A stretch of DNA of 64,000 nt, from the IMG/VR virus record IMGVR_UViG_3300044680_000280, positions 310,001 through 374,000 of that record, one strand, 5' to 3'. The notes under the pieces are model-generated. The model was given only the letters and a program-made list of their open reading frames with translations. It did no database searches and was not told where the DNA came from. A program made the translations under genes and the position numbers. Positions 37,879-47,090 of the stretch are shown here, piece after piece. Each line of letters begins with the position of its first letter. Positions within the stretch are counted from its first letter, which is position 1.

Positions 37879-38340
37879 ATGACGAAGGACGAACGAATTC
37901 AAGCTCTTTGCATCAGCCTCGCCAGCTTCATTGCTGAGATTGACACCAGTAGCATCAAGGTCGCGACCTATTTGGAACAGAGGTTGCGTCCGATTCTCTC
38001 CGAAGTAAGCAATGACCTGCTTGACCAAGTCGGGAACGACGGTCGGAAGTTGCTCGAGCCATCAGCGCTACCACCGGGCGACGTGGTGAACCCCGTGGAC
38101 TGTCGCCATGGGAATTCCGAATCCGAATGTTGGGTGTGTGCTGACAGCCGTGCCGATGAGACCATTCAAAAACTCCGAGATTCTCTTATCTCTTCAAGGG
38201 AAACTCTGCTCGACTGCCATCGAGCCCTGAGAAGTCTGAAACCGTATCAAGCGATGCTCGTCGCCGAGCTCGAAGAGGCCTTCAAGAAGATCGATGAGAT
38301 TCTCAGTGGGACTTGCGGAGGTCCACGCTCCGAGATATAA
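37879..38340 (+). CDS. hypothetical protein
   Basis: A-motif at 37861. Confidence 0.7.
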   Translation: MTKDERIQALCISLASFIAEIDTSSIKVATYLEQRLRPILSEVSNDLLDQVGNDGRKLLEPSALPPGDVVNPVDCRHGNSESECWVCADSRADETIQKLRDSLISSRETLLDCHRALRSLKPYQAMLVAELEEAFKKIDEILSGTCGGPRSEI

Positions 38341-38468
38341 TCATGGGGATCCTCGGAAGATATTGGCGCCTTAGATCCGAAGGGGTTGTGCTGGGGCTGC
38401 GACCAAGCTTACTGGCACCCCGTGGGGTTGACCGACCGTAACAAGTCGGCGGCCCCACGTTCTTTCCA

Positions 38469-39239
38469 TCAGAATTGCAGTTTCGGACTGTCGCCCGGGT
38501 CGTCGCCCGCTATCGGCTCATCGTTCAATATGCCTCTGGCGATGCATATATCCCAGAAGGCATACCAAACAGTTCGAGTCTCCGCGCGGACTGCATTCAA
38601 GGCGCGGAGAACAATGTTTTTGTCGTCCTCGTTTTCTGCCTTCTCGTAGATGTCTCGTAGATGTTGGATACTGGTATGGAGGACACCCAATCCTGACACC
38701 CAATCCACGTCCTGTTTGATATTTGAGTCGTCGGGTATCAACTTCGTCAGGGCCCAAAGGACACGGTAGATGTCCCCCGTTGAGAGGACGAATCGGTCAG
38801 GATCAGAAGAGTTCCACCGTTTCTCGAACTCGGTTTTCCATTCAGGAGGGGGGTAGAGAGGTGCTTCTGGCGCCCCTCGGAGAAGGAACTTCTTGAGGCT
38901 CGGGAACTCTTGAGCGAGCTTGCATACGCTTGCCCACTGTCGGCTCGTCGGAGCCCTCAGAACGCCATCGAGCGCCTCATTCAAGTGCTCAACCGGGATT
39001 CCGTGCTCAGTGGCGAAGTGAGCACACTGTCGGTCATTTGGATCACAATCCCAACGACGGCCTCGGATAATACGCTTGAGCTCAGTGGCAAGCGAGACGT
39101 TCGTGTAGGCGGCGATGTCGGTCGGAAGCGGGGGCTCGACGTAGACGTACGGTCTCTCTTCTTCCTCGAGAATGTGTTCCCACACCGACTTTTTCGGCTC
39201 CCGCATGGGAGCCTTTGCACGGCGCAAGCTGATTGCCAT
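38469..39239 (-). CDS. hypothetical protein with N-terminal W-tag
   Basis: KKSVWEHILEEEE at about residues 16-28; A-motif at 39251. Confidence 0.75.
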   Translation of the reverse strand: MAISLRRAKAPMREPKKSVWEHILEEEERPYVYVEPPLPTDIAAYTNVSLATELKRIIRGRRWDCDPNDRQCAHFATEHGIPVEHLNEALDGVLRAPTSRQWASVCKLAQEFPSLKKFLLRGAPEAPLYPPPEWKTEFEKRWNSSDPDRFVLSTGDIYRVLWALTKLIPDDSNIKQDVDWVSGLGVLHTSIQHLRDIYEKAENEDDKNIVLRALNAVRAETRTVWYAFWDICIARGILNDEPIAGDDPGDSPKLQF

Positions 39240-39261
39240 GCACCTATACGTACACCGATCC

Positions 39262-39657
39262 TCACGAGACGACTAGAACGGTTTTTGGGGCTAGTTTCCT
39301 GTCAACCGACACGTGCACGGCGCTGGGTGAACCGTCATCCATGAGCGATAAACACCCTAGGATGCCCCGACGGTTCAAGGCCGAGTCGACGACCATCTTG
39401 ATCCGATGCCACGCGTACTGGCGGATGGCGGCGAAGTCCTCCGGGTACAGGGCGATTTGTATGGCCTCCGTAGGGATTCGGTTGATCAAATCGAGGACTT
39501 CGGGCGGGCACCTATTGTCCAGCTCTTTTTCCAGCTCTTGTATTCGATTCCACAAGAGAACTTCCTCTCGAGTGGCTTCGTGTTCTTCACAAGGTGAGCG
39601 GAAACCGACTCTTTCAATCCACCCCGTCGAGTCTTTGTAGTTGAAATCGAAACCCAC
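39262..39657 (-). CDS. hypothetical protein
   Basis: A-motif at 39668; GTG start. Confidence 0.7.
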   Translation of the reverse strand: MGFDFNYKDSTGWIERVGFRSPCEEHEATREEVLLWNRIQELEKELDNRCPPEVLDLINRIPTEAIQIALYPEDFAAIRQYAWHRIKMVVDSALNRRGILGCLSLMDDGSPSAVHVSVDRKLAPKTVLVVS

Positions 39658-39794
39658 ACCGTATCAGTACACCGACGCCCGTAAAATCCTAGGTAGACCG
39701 TTCCCACAAATAAAACGCTTGTACACCCACCCTAAGCTTCAAACGCCGAAGACATTGTCAGGCAAAGCCCGACGCAACGACGGAATGCGTGTCC

Positions 39795-40346
39795 TTACAT
39801 CAAATCGGCGGGGTCGCCCGGCTCGGCGTCCGCCGGACCATCGAACTCAACCGAACCCTTGACGAGGTCCTTTTTGAACTGTCGCTTGAGGAACTTCTCG
39901 AGCGCGACCAGGAACTCGGGCGAGTTGGCGACATCCGAGACGTCCGCCGTCGCTGTAAATAGGACGTTCATCTTGTGGTAAAAAGGCTGCTTGTTCATGG
40001 TGTCAGTACGGCGTGGCGAGTGTGGGGGTTCAAGTGCTTCGTCCATGAGGTGGCTCCAAATGGTGCGACGCGGTCCGTTTGGAGCCACCTTGGGCTCCTC
40101 CTTCAGCTCTTCGACCAAAGACTGACGCTCATCCCGCTCTCGAATGATTCGTCGTAAGACGTCGACGGCGCCCCCATCCGGCCCATGTTCACCGACGTGT
40201 TGGACGAGTATTTGTAGCAGCTCCCCGTACGTGCCTGGAACCGCCATTGCTTCCCCATCCTGAAGCTGAGACAGGAGATCGGAAACGGCATCGAGCTCCC
40301 CTGGGAGCAGGTCACCGAGCAAGTCTCGTTGGAGGGTAAAAGGCAT
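39795..40346 (-). CDS. in-frame fusion of a W-tagged protein and a second gene (own start at 39998)
   Basis: A-motif at 40360; internal RRTIWSHLMDE; internal B-promoter at 40028 points to ATG 39998. Confidence 0.7.
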   Translation of the reverse strand: MPFTLQRDLLGDLLPGELDAVSDLLSQLQDGEAMAVPGTYGELLQILVQHVGEHGPDGGAVDVLRRIIRERDERQSLVEELKEEPKVAPNGPRRTIWSHLMDEALEPPHSPRRTDTMNKQPFYHKMNVLFTATADVSDVANSPEFLVALEKFLKRQFKKDLVKGSVEFDGPADAEPGDPADLM

Positions 40347-40520
40347 CGTCAGATTTACCTACACCGGATCTGGACTTACGGCCCGACGGGGGTTTCATCT
40401 TCCACTTGTCGATCGCGTTAGGGTATGATCCCCCTCGTGGCTCGCGTTGTGAGACGTGGTCGGAACTTTTAGGAACTGTTTTAAGTTGAACCCTAGGGGA
40501 GACCGCGCTGTACTCCCCCC

Positions 40521-40880
40521 ATGGAAGACCGGCTCATTCTAATCTCAGCCTTTTGGCGGAACGATTGCCCCGACGGAGTCGGCTGCACGTTCGAGTTCCA
40601 AGGGAACGATGGGGAAACGATGGCGAAGTTGATCGAGGATACCGTCAAGGTGTACGATCAGCACCCTGAGGTTCCCGTCGAGGAGTACGTTGAACAGTTG
40701 CGAGCGATTGGGCTGACCCCGATAGATCTCCGAGACGAGCAGATGCTGATGCTCGCGATGATCAACATCGCCTGGCTCGAGCGTCGCGGCCACATTCCGA
40801 CGGATGAGTTCAACGGAATGCTCTACGTGCGGTTGATCAAAGGTGAACCCACTCCGTCGAAGGTGCCCTTCACCAACTGA
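40521..40880 (+). CDS. hypothetical protein
   Basis: B-promoter at 40486. Confidence 0.75.
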   Translation: MEDRLILISAFWRNDCPDGVGCTFEFQGNDGETMAKLIEDTVKVYDQHPEVPVEEYVEQLRAIGLTPIDLRDEQMLMLAMINIAWLERRGHIPTDEFNGMLYVRLIKGEPTPSKVPFTN

Positions 40881-40883
40881 GTC

Positions 40884-41558
40884 TCAGAGGTGGTGGAAGT
40901 CGATTTCGATGTGGCTGATTTCGTTGCGATCGATTCGGCGAGGTAGGTAGTCCAGTGGGTACTTGCCGTTTGTTTTGTAAACTTGCCGCCGATGGTCGGC
41001 TCTTTCAATGTTGATGATCGCATCGGTGACCCGCGTCCAACCACCACGAAACACACGGACAGCATCCAAGGACAGTGGGTTGGCGGTGTAGAAGGGCGGT
41101 ATCTGTGGGTGAATGCTCGAGCCGTCGTGGAAGTACATCACTGGGGGTGTGGAGAAAAGCAACCCCTCTTTCTCTCCCCAGAGCTTCCCATCTTGCGTGA
41201 AGACTCGCAGCTCCATTGATGTGTCGATCCTCGGGACGTCCGTAATGGAAAGAACCGCCTCTTTGAAGGTTCTTACGATGCGGGACCCTCTTCTGGCGGC
41301 GCACTGCTCCTCGTACATCTGACGTATGCGGCCCGGTTCTAAATTGCTGAATGGATCGTTCTCTCGTCGCGGCCACAGGCGATTGAGCTCGTTGAGGTCG
41401 ACGGGTAGGGAAATCCGACTGAACCTCGTTCCAGGGAGTTTATCCTCGGGAGTTCTCTCGACAGCCTCTTTGGTCGCTGCGTTGGCACGGGAACCCGCAA
41501 AGAGAGCGGTGGGAATGGCGGCAAGGCCGGATAGAAGGGATCTTCTGGTGGTGTGCAT
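40884..41558 (-). CDS. putative Tat-exported protein
   Basis: MHTTRRSLLSGLAA...ANA signal; TGGTGTA at 41569. Confidence 0.7.
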   Translation of the reverse strand: MHTTRRSLLSGLAAIPTALFAGSRANAATKEAVERTPEDKLPGTRFSRISLPVDLNELNRLWPRRENDPFSNLEPGRIRQMYEEQCAARRGSRIVRTFKEAVLSITDVPRIDTSMELRVFTQDGKLWGEKEGLLFSTPPVMYFHDGSSIHPQIPPFYTANPLSLDAVRVFRGGWTRVTDAIINIERADHRRQVYKTNGKYPLDYLPRRIDRNEISHIEIDFHHL

Positions 41559-41633
41559 GGAGAAAGGTTACACCAACGCCTGGGCGTTTTGGGATTCTTC
41601 GGCAATTTCTCCCAACGGTGTAATCTTTCTCCC

Positions 41634-41981
41634 ATGAGCACCCAATTGCAAATGAATGCTCGGTATGCCGAGACCCGCATCGAAAACGCGAAGGGTCAGA
41701 CCATGGACGAGGTGGTCGAGGAGATGCGACAGAAGCACTGGGTGCCACTTCGCCGGGCTCTACTGCTGGAAGGTGTGACCCTAAGTCGCTACTGCGACTT
41801 TCTCAACGCTTGGCGAAAAGGGATCACGCGTTACATAACCCACGGTTGGCCGGAATTTTGCTACATTCGTCTGCAACCGGGGTCGATTTCGTCGCTGGCG
41901 CACCCGGATCAAGGTCGCGGGCTGACCGAGGTAGGGGTTGTAGACGAGGTTCATGCAGGAAATACAGCGAATGAGCTCTAG
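41634..41981 (+). CDS. hypothetical protein
   Basis: A-motif at 41616. Confidence 0.65.
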   Translation: MSTQLQMNARYAETRIENAKGQTMDEVVEEMRQKHWVPLRRALLLEGVTLSRYCDFLNAWRKGITRYITHGWPEFCYIRLQPGSISSLAHPDQGRGLTEVGVVDEVHAGNTANEL

Positions 41982-42026
41982 AAGTTCAAGAGTTGCGGGA
42001 AGCTAAAGTTTTCCGGAAACCCTACC

Positions 42027-42047
42027 CAATCACCCCTCAATGGGGAC
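42027..42047 (+). repeat. dispersed 21-bp element copy 4
   Basis: CAATCACCCCTCAATGGGGAC(GAGTCC), intergenic. Confidence 0.85.
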
Positions 42048-42179
42048 GAGTCCTGGAAGGCCCCGAGACGGGTCGAGTCGTGACGGGACTCACTCGAGGT
42101 ACGCTGAGAACGGAGCGTTGAATTTTTCACTTGAACCCGGGTCGGGTTGTGGCTTTACTGTCAACACAAGGAGACAACG

Positions 42180-42443
42180 ATGAAGACTTTTCAGGTGGCA
42201 GATCGTGAACACATGGGCGGACACGTTGCGGTTCTCAAGCGGGTGGACAACGCCGAAGTTCAAGTGCCCCCGTCGAAGGGGTTCTACGTCCGGGCCATCC
42301 GAGCCGATGGTTCCCCCAGCACGATCGGCTTCTACTCCGACGAGCATACGGCCAACACCGAAATCTCGTTCCTGAAAGGGAACCGTATCCCGGACCCCAA
42401 GCTGGCGGACGCCGTCGACTTCGACATCGTTCCCGGCCGCTGA
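42180..42443 (+). CDS. hypothetical protein
   Basis: B-promoter at 42131, AAGGAG SD. Confidence 0.75.
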   Translation: MKTFQVADREHMGGHVAVLKRVDNAEVQVPPSKGFYVRAIRADGSPSTIGFYSDEHTANTEISFLKGNRIPDPKLADAVDFDIVPGR

Positions 42444-42486
42444 TTCCGACACACAGAAGACCTCTCACCCACACGCAAGAAAGACC

Positions 42487-42624
42487 ATGGAGACCGACAA
42501 CCAGACCAACGAACAGAACGAGCAGACCAACGAACAGGAGATGCCTGACGCCGAACCGGAGTTCAAACTCACGGTACGGAAGCTCGAAATGCCCGTGCGA
42601 CCGCGCGGCGTCCTGGCCGAGTAA
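42487..42624 (+). CDS. 45-aa peptide, acidic leader plus basic C-terminal core (RiPP precursor-like)
   Basis: METDNQTNEQNEQTNEQEMPDAEPEFKLTVRKLEMPVRPRGVLAE*; followed by a terminator. Confidence 0.7.
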   Translation: METDNQTNEQNEQTNEQEMPDAEPEFKLTVRKLEMPVRPRGVLAE

Positions 42625-42639
42625 CCGACAACCAAAAAC

Positions 42640-42677
42640 AAACGGGGTGTGGGCCTTAAAAGGTTCACACCCCGTTT
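42640..42677. terminator. intrinsic terminator, possibly bidirectional
   Basis: AAACGGGGTGTG / CACACCCCGTTT 12-bp stem between convergent genes. Confidence 0.8.
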
Positions 42678-42695
42678 CTATTCCATACCGTGGAA

Positions 42696-43046
42696 TCACT
42701 CGTCTTCCACGAGGCGTTGCCATAAGGTCGTTCGTGGCTCGGAAGGGGGCTCCTCAGGGCACGGTTCTTTCGTGAGGGTTAGGAGGTACTTCCAGACAGG
42801 ACAGTCGTTGTCGTGTCGCCTCTCGTTGGGCATGATGCTTTCAGAGTCGAATCCGCAGAACAGACATTCCCCTGCCTGTTCTGCGTACTCAACGGCATCC
42901 TGACCGATTTCGGCTCGGGCGATGAGCTCCTCAAGAACGCTTTCAAATTCATCCCACACCTTCTTGGCGTATTCGGGCGAACTGAGCGCCTGGGTCCTCC
43001 TGGCTTTTTTCAGGAGCGCAAGGGCCTCTTCCCCGGAACAGGGCAT
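42696..43046 (-). CDS. hypothetical protein with W-tag variant
   Basis: RTTLWQRLVEDE*; CLFCG..HDNDC. Confidence 0.7.
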   Translation of the reverse strand: MPCSGEEALALLKKARRTQALSSPEYAKKVWDEFESVLEELIARAEIGQDAVEYAEQAGECLFCGFDSESIMPNERRHDNDCPVWKYLLTLTKEPCPEEPPSEPRTTLWQRLVEDE

Positions 43047-43333
43047 CAGTTCGCGGCCGTGTTCCGCGGAGAAGCCTCGGGAGTCGGCATGGCGTCGTTG
43101 TGTCCCCTGTCCCAAGCTTCAACCTGCTCCATAGTAGGCTCGCACCCGACCCAAATTCGTTGTGCGTTGTAGGCCGACATGTCGTAGGAGATGGGGTCGA
43201 CGAGGGCCGCCGTCTCCGCGGCGGCTTCCGTGAGGGTCTCGAGGATTTCGTCGAGATCGAACTGCTCCTTCTTAAGTTCAGCCTCCACGAGGGCCTTGAT
43301 GGATCGCTGAAAGTCCGAGAGCTCTCTGGTCAT
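43046..43333 (-). CDS. hypothetical protein
   Basis: A-motif at 43345. Confidence 0.7.
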   Translation of the reverse strand: MTRELSDFQRSIKALVEAELKKEQFDLDEILETLTEAAAETAALVDPISYDMSAYNAQRIWVGCEPTMEQVEAWDRGHNDAMPTPEASPRNTAAN

Positions 43334-43413
43334 GCTCTAAGCGTTACACCGCCCGGAGCCCCGGGGACGAATCTTTTTCGATCTTCCGCTTCCCGTCGGT
43401 GTAATGCTAGAGC

Positions 43414-44424
43414 ATGGAGATCACCGAGGTGGACGCCATTCGGCTTACTCACTGTGGCCCTATCGCGAAACGGCCCTGTTTCGAATGTGACTTGCCTTGG
43501 ATCGAACGGACCTGTAAAAAGATCGAGGAAACTGAGGTCGTAAGTCTTGCTCCGTGGATCGGTCAGACCCTGCAAACGGCCGTCGAGGCAATTATTGCCG
43601 ACACCTCGAAGAAAAAGGAGTACCTATCCTCCTTCAATTTGTTGGTTCGGAACGATCGTCATATCGATCGTTCCCCGGACCCGGAGTTTCCCGAACTCGC
43701 GGTCAATAAGTATGGGTGGTCGTATAATGTGTCACGGGACTATGTCGTCCAAAAAGGAGACGATATTTTACTCTGGGTCAACACTTACTACCACCATTTG
43801 TGCAGCAAAAGGCGCGTGGAACGGCTCTATCGCGAGCAGTTTGAGGGCATTTTCAAGTCGGCTGGAGTAGAAGCAACCCTCACCAGCATTCCCAACGAAT
43901 ACTGCCCATGCGATAATTGCGGACCCTGGTTCACGGCTCAAATGCCGTTCGGAACGCTGAAGCTTGGGTGGCGGAAAAGGGTCATCAACATCGATTGGTC
44001 TGACACGGGTTTGGACCTACAAGACCTCTTTATCAATGAGAGCACGACCAAAGGCGCGCATTTCATTCACGCTTGGGGTGTCAAGAAGGCGGTCGAGTAC
44101 CTACAGTTGATAGTGAAACATATGCCTGCGAACAACGACCTCGAAGTGAAGAGACGAGAGATCCTCGCGATCCACTACCACAACGCTTTGCTCCACACGG
44201 TCAAGTTGCAAGACGCTTTAAAAAAGGTCGTCAGTTTACTCGGTAGCCCCGAGGCTACCGCTCAACTATCAGCCTTCTCCGTGGCCAAAGCCGCTCTCGA
44301 GAGCACCGTCTCCCCTCCCAACCCTCTTGCCAACCTTTATGATCAGGGGTTCCATACGGGTCACTTGTTTCCCGAGTACATGCATCTGCCTATGAGACCG
44401 GAAGACCCGTACATCGAGCCTTGA
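43414..44424 (+). CDS. conserved phage-type hypothetical protein
   Basis: IPNEYC...PWF...LGWRKRVINIDWS...IHAWG; A-motif at 43397. Confidence 0.75.
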   Translation: MEITEVDAIRLTHCGPIAKRPCFECDLPWIERTCKKIEETEVVSLAPWIGQTLQTAVEAIIADTSKKKEYLSSFNLLVRNDRHIDRSPDPEFPELAVNKYGWSYNVSRDYVVQKGDDILLWVNTYYHHLCSKRRVERLYREQFEGIFKSAGVEATLTSIPNEYCPCDNCGPWFTAQMPFGTLKLGWRKRVINIDWSDTGLDLQDLFINESTTKGAHFIHAWGVKKAVEYLQLIVKHMPANNDLEVKRREILAIHYHNALLHTVKLQDALKKVVSLLGSPEATAQLSAFSVAKAALESTVSPPNPLANLYDQGFHTGHLFPEYMHLPMRPEDPYIEP

Positions 44425-44613
44425 CAGTTACGGTGGGGTGACTTACTCATGTGGTGGGCCCTACCATCGTAGGCCTCATCTCGCTCTGTTCGACCTACCC
44501 TCGAACTCACTGCGGGACAAAGAGGGAGATCCTCGGCGGGGTGCATTTTTCTCTAGTGCGCTGGTCGGTTTCGGGGTGGGCGGGAGCGACCAGTTGCTCG
44601 CTGGAGAACGACG

Positions 44614-45612
44614 ATGCCCACCAACAAGAAGAAGCGAATCCGTGCCCGCATGGCCAAAACGGGTGAGTCCTACGTGACCGCCAAACGCCACGTCGATCCG
44701 CCGCCGACCGAAGAGAAACCCCTCGTTGAGGAGCGGCCCGTTGCCCACTTCAGAGATGAAAAAACTGGGTTGTACTTGGATTCGTATCCGCCCGAAATCA
44801 CATATGACAACCTGAACGACAAAATGGCCCGAGCCCCAACCTATGCAACGATAGGTGAGGGTCACGCCCACTACATTTATCAGAAGCACAATGCCCCATT
44901 GAGAGTTCGCGAAGATGCCACAAGCTTCGTCGTCACTATGTACTATGACTTTGATGAGGCGGCAGCCATTCGAGATCTTTGCAATGTTGGTTGTAATGAA
45001 ATCCTCATCGTTCGGGACGAAATAGGATCTATCGGGGGAGCCACGGGAAGCCGCCCCATCATAGCATCTTGGCTCGGTTCGACCGTACAAAGTACAAGTG
45101 GTAAGTACTACGACTCCATCGGTGAACTGCAACAGGTTATCCTGTACTATAAGAGACTCAAGGGAAGCCTCCCCATCGTCGCGATCACGCATCCTAAAGA
45201 GCTGCGATGGGAATTCAAAGCTGGAAACCTGTCGTGGTTTATTAGAGTCTCGACTTTGGTGAAGCACGGCAACAAGGAATCGGTTCTCAGCTCCTACTTC
45301 AAGACGGATGAGGGACTGAAGGCTCTCACGTCCTTGTGGAACAAAGGCTTCGAGCCTGTTACGCCCTTCGTTGAGACTGTGCTTCGCACGAAGGCCCCTA
45401 CTCCCGAGGTTAACGAACAGGCGGTCGAAATCCTTGCAAAGTCCGAAGTAGCACGGCTACGGCGTGTTGAAGCTGCGGCTAGGACGTGTCTCGAACAACT
45501 TCGAACCCCGAGCTCCACGTACACCCTCAGGGAAACCTCACTTGAGTGCATACTCCTTCAGGCGTTCGACGTTCAGGTTCCCCTTCAGAATCAACCGCCA
45601 CCGACTTCTTGA
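44614..45612 (+). CDS. hypothetical protein
   Basis: N-terminal KKRIRARMAKTGESY motif; long ORF. Confidence 0.7.
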   Translation: MPTNKKKRIRARMAKTGESYVTAKRHVDPPPTEEKPLVEERPVAHFRDEKTGLYLDSYPPEITYDNLNDKMARAPTYATIGEGHAHYIYQKHNAPLRVREDATSFVVTMYYDFDEAAAIRDLCNVGCNEILIVRDEIGSIGGATGSRPIIASWLGSTVQSTSGKYYDSIGELQQVILYYKRLKGSLPIVAITHPKELRWEFKAGNLSWFIRVSTLVKHGNKESVLSSYFKTDEGLKALTSLWNKGFEPVTPFVETVLRTKAPTPEVNEQAVEILAKSEVARLRRVEAAARTCLEQLRTPSSTYTLRETSLECILLQAFDVQVPLQNQPPPTS

Positions 45613-45641
45613 ATTTTAGGCCTTTTGGTGTAAGGTAGAGG

Positions 45642-46298
45642 ATGACCGCGTACTTCGACAAGAAGGGCATCGACCTGGCGAACATGGAGAGGTCGCTGAA
45701 AAACGGCGTCCTCTCTCTGACAGCCTTCGGGACGCAGATCGACGAACTCGAGCAGGAACTCGTCTGGGATGTCACGATCGCAACAGAGTTCCCTGGGTTC
45801 CCGCCAGACCTAGCAACCGAGGTCAATGAGGCCATCCTCAAACGTGGCACGGTGACTCAACCCCTCAACGCCTCTCGCCCGTCGTTCGAGACAGTGGAAG
45901 ATCACGTGTACAACTTGTCGTCTCTTGTCGGAGACTTCCACTCAATCTTCCACAAAGTCTCACAGCGCAAGATTGTCGGGTTCTCCGACGATCCTCGGAG
46001 CCCGCTCCGAGTCCTCTACGCGAAGTCCGAGGAAAAACGGGAAATGATGGTCGAGAGGAAAAACAGGGACGCCAAAATCAAGGAGCTTTACGTCCAACGC
46101 CGCCCCTTGACTCGAAAGAAGCGCCTCAAGGGTCATTTGTCCGAAAAAGACGCTGCTGACCTCGCTCGAATTGAGAGAGAGATCAATGACCTACAGATGT
46201 TGGAGGCGGCGGCCCAACCTCCGTTCGCGAACGTTCTCATAGAGGCGCTGGAAGACTTGAACAAGACGATGGAGCTTCACTTTCGGGTCAAATCTTGA
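45642..46298 (+). CDS. hypothetical helical protein
   Basis: TGGTGTA at 45626. Confidence 0.75.
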   Translation: MTAYFDKKGIDLANMERSLKNGVLSLTAFGTQIDELEQELVWDVTIATEFPGFPPDLATEVNEAILKRGTVTQPLNASRPSFETVEDHVYNLSSLVGDFHSIFHKVSQRKIVGFSDDPRSPLRVLYAKSEEKREMMVERKNRDAKIKELYVQRRPLTRKKRLKGHLSEKDAADLARIEREINDLQMLEAAAQPPFANVLIEALEDLNKTMELHFRVKS

Positions 46299-46344
46299 GT
46301 CGATTTTTTCTTGCATCCGGGTTCCGATGGTGTATAACTTTGAT

Positions 46345-46524
46345 GTGCGCCTGGAGCCGGGACACTGATGGCCCGACTCAGCCGCAGTTACGTGAGTAAG
46401 GAGAGCCCTCGAGCCTAGTCCAACAGGGGGTGTTGTGGGGTCGGGTTAGCTACCCGAATGATTCGGATTCCCCAGTCCGCACGGCCGCCGCCCTTGGATC
46501 CAGGACGGCGGCCGTTTCTTTTTG
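46345..46524 (+). ncRNA. candidate rod-shaped small RNA with its own promoter and terminator
   Basis: TGGTGTATAACT at 46328, no ORF; GCCCGACT pairs with GGTCGGGT and CCGCAG with TTGTGG. Confidence 0.5.
46481..46524 (+). terminator. intrinsic terminator
   Basis: ACGGCCGCCG 46481-46490 / CGGCGGCCGT 46506-46515 followed by TTCTTTTTT. Confidence 0.85.
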
Positions 46525-46559
46525 GTTCCTCTCACGTCTCTTCGGTGTAGCTACTCAGA

Positions 46560-47090
46560 ATGCCCTCAGAGATCAGCAAGAAGTACACGCCCAAAACCAC
46601 TCCGGAGAAACTGGGCTACCTCGTAGAGGAGTGTGGAGAAACCCTCGCGGCAGTGGGCAAAACTCTTCGGTGGGGGTTGGAGAGCTACAATCCCGAGCTC
46701 CCCGTCGCTGAGCGGGAAACAAACCGTGATTGGATCCTGCGGGAGATTCACGACCTCGAGCGGGCGATCACCCTCGTCCGAGAGGCCCTTACAAAAGTCC
46801 GGGTCACCTACGACCACAAGAGTGACGTCCTCTACGTGAAGAATACGGAGACGGACATCTACAGCAGTCAGGAGCTCCCGGACGACACCTTCGTCATTGT
46901 GAACCGAGACTACCACGGGAATCCCGTTGGTCTCCAAGTCCTCGAAGCGAGCAAGACGACCACGGCTTGGCACCTCTACGAGAAGGCTATTCCCAAATAC
47001 TTGTTTGTCGCGGTCTCCGATTGGATCAGTCGGCTCGGTACTCGAGCCGAACTCATCGGTCATTTAGTACAAGGAGAGGAAAAGTCATGA
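46560..47090 (+). CDS. MazG-like domain fused to DUF2283 domain
   Basis: LVEECGE...REIHDL (MazG-like) and VTYDHKSDVLYV...GNPVGLQVLEAS (DUF2283); A-motif at 46543. Confidence 0.65.
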   Translation: MPSEISKKYTPKTTPEKLGYLVEECGETLAAVGKTLRWGLESYNPELPVAERETNRDWILREIHDLERAITLVREALTKVRVTYDHKSDVLYVKNTETDIYSSQELPDDTFVIVNRDYHGNPVGLQVLEASKTTTAWHLYEKAIPKYLFVAVSDWISRLGTRAELIGHLVQGEEKS

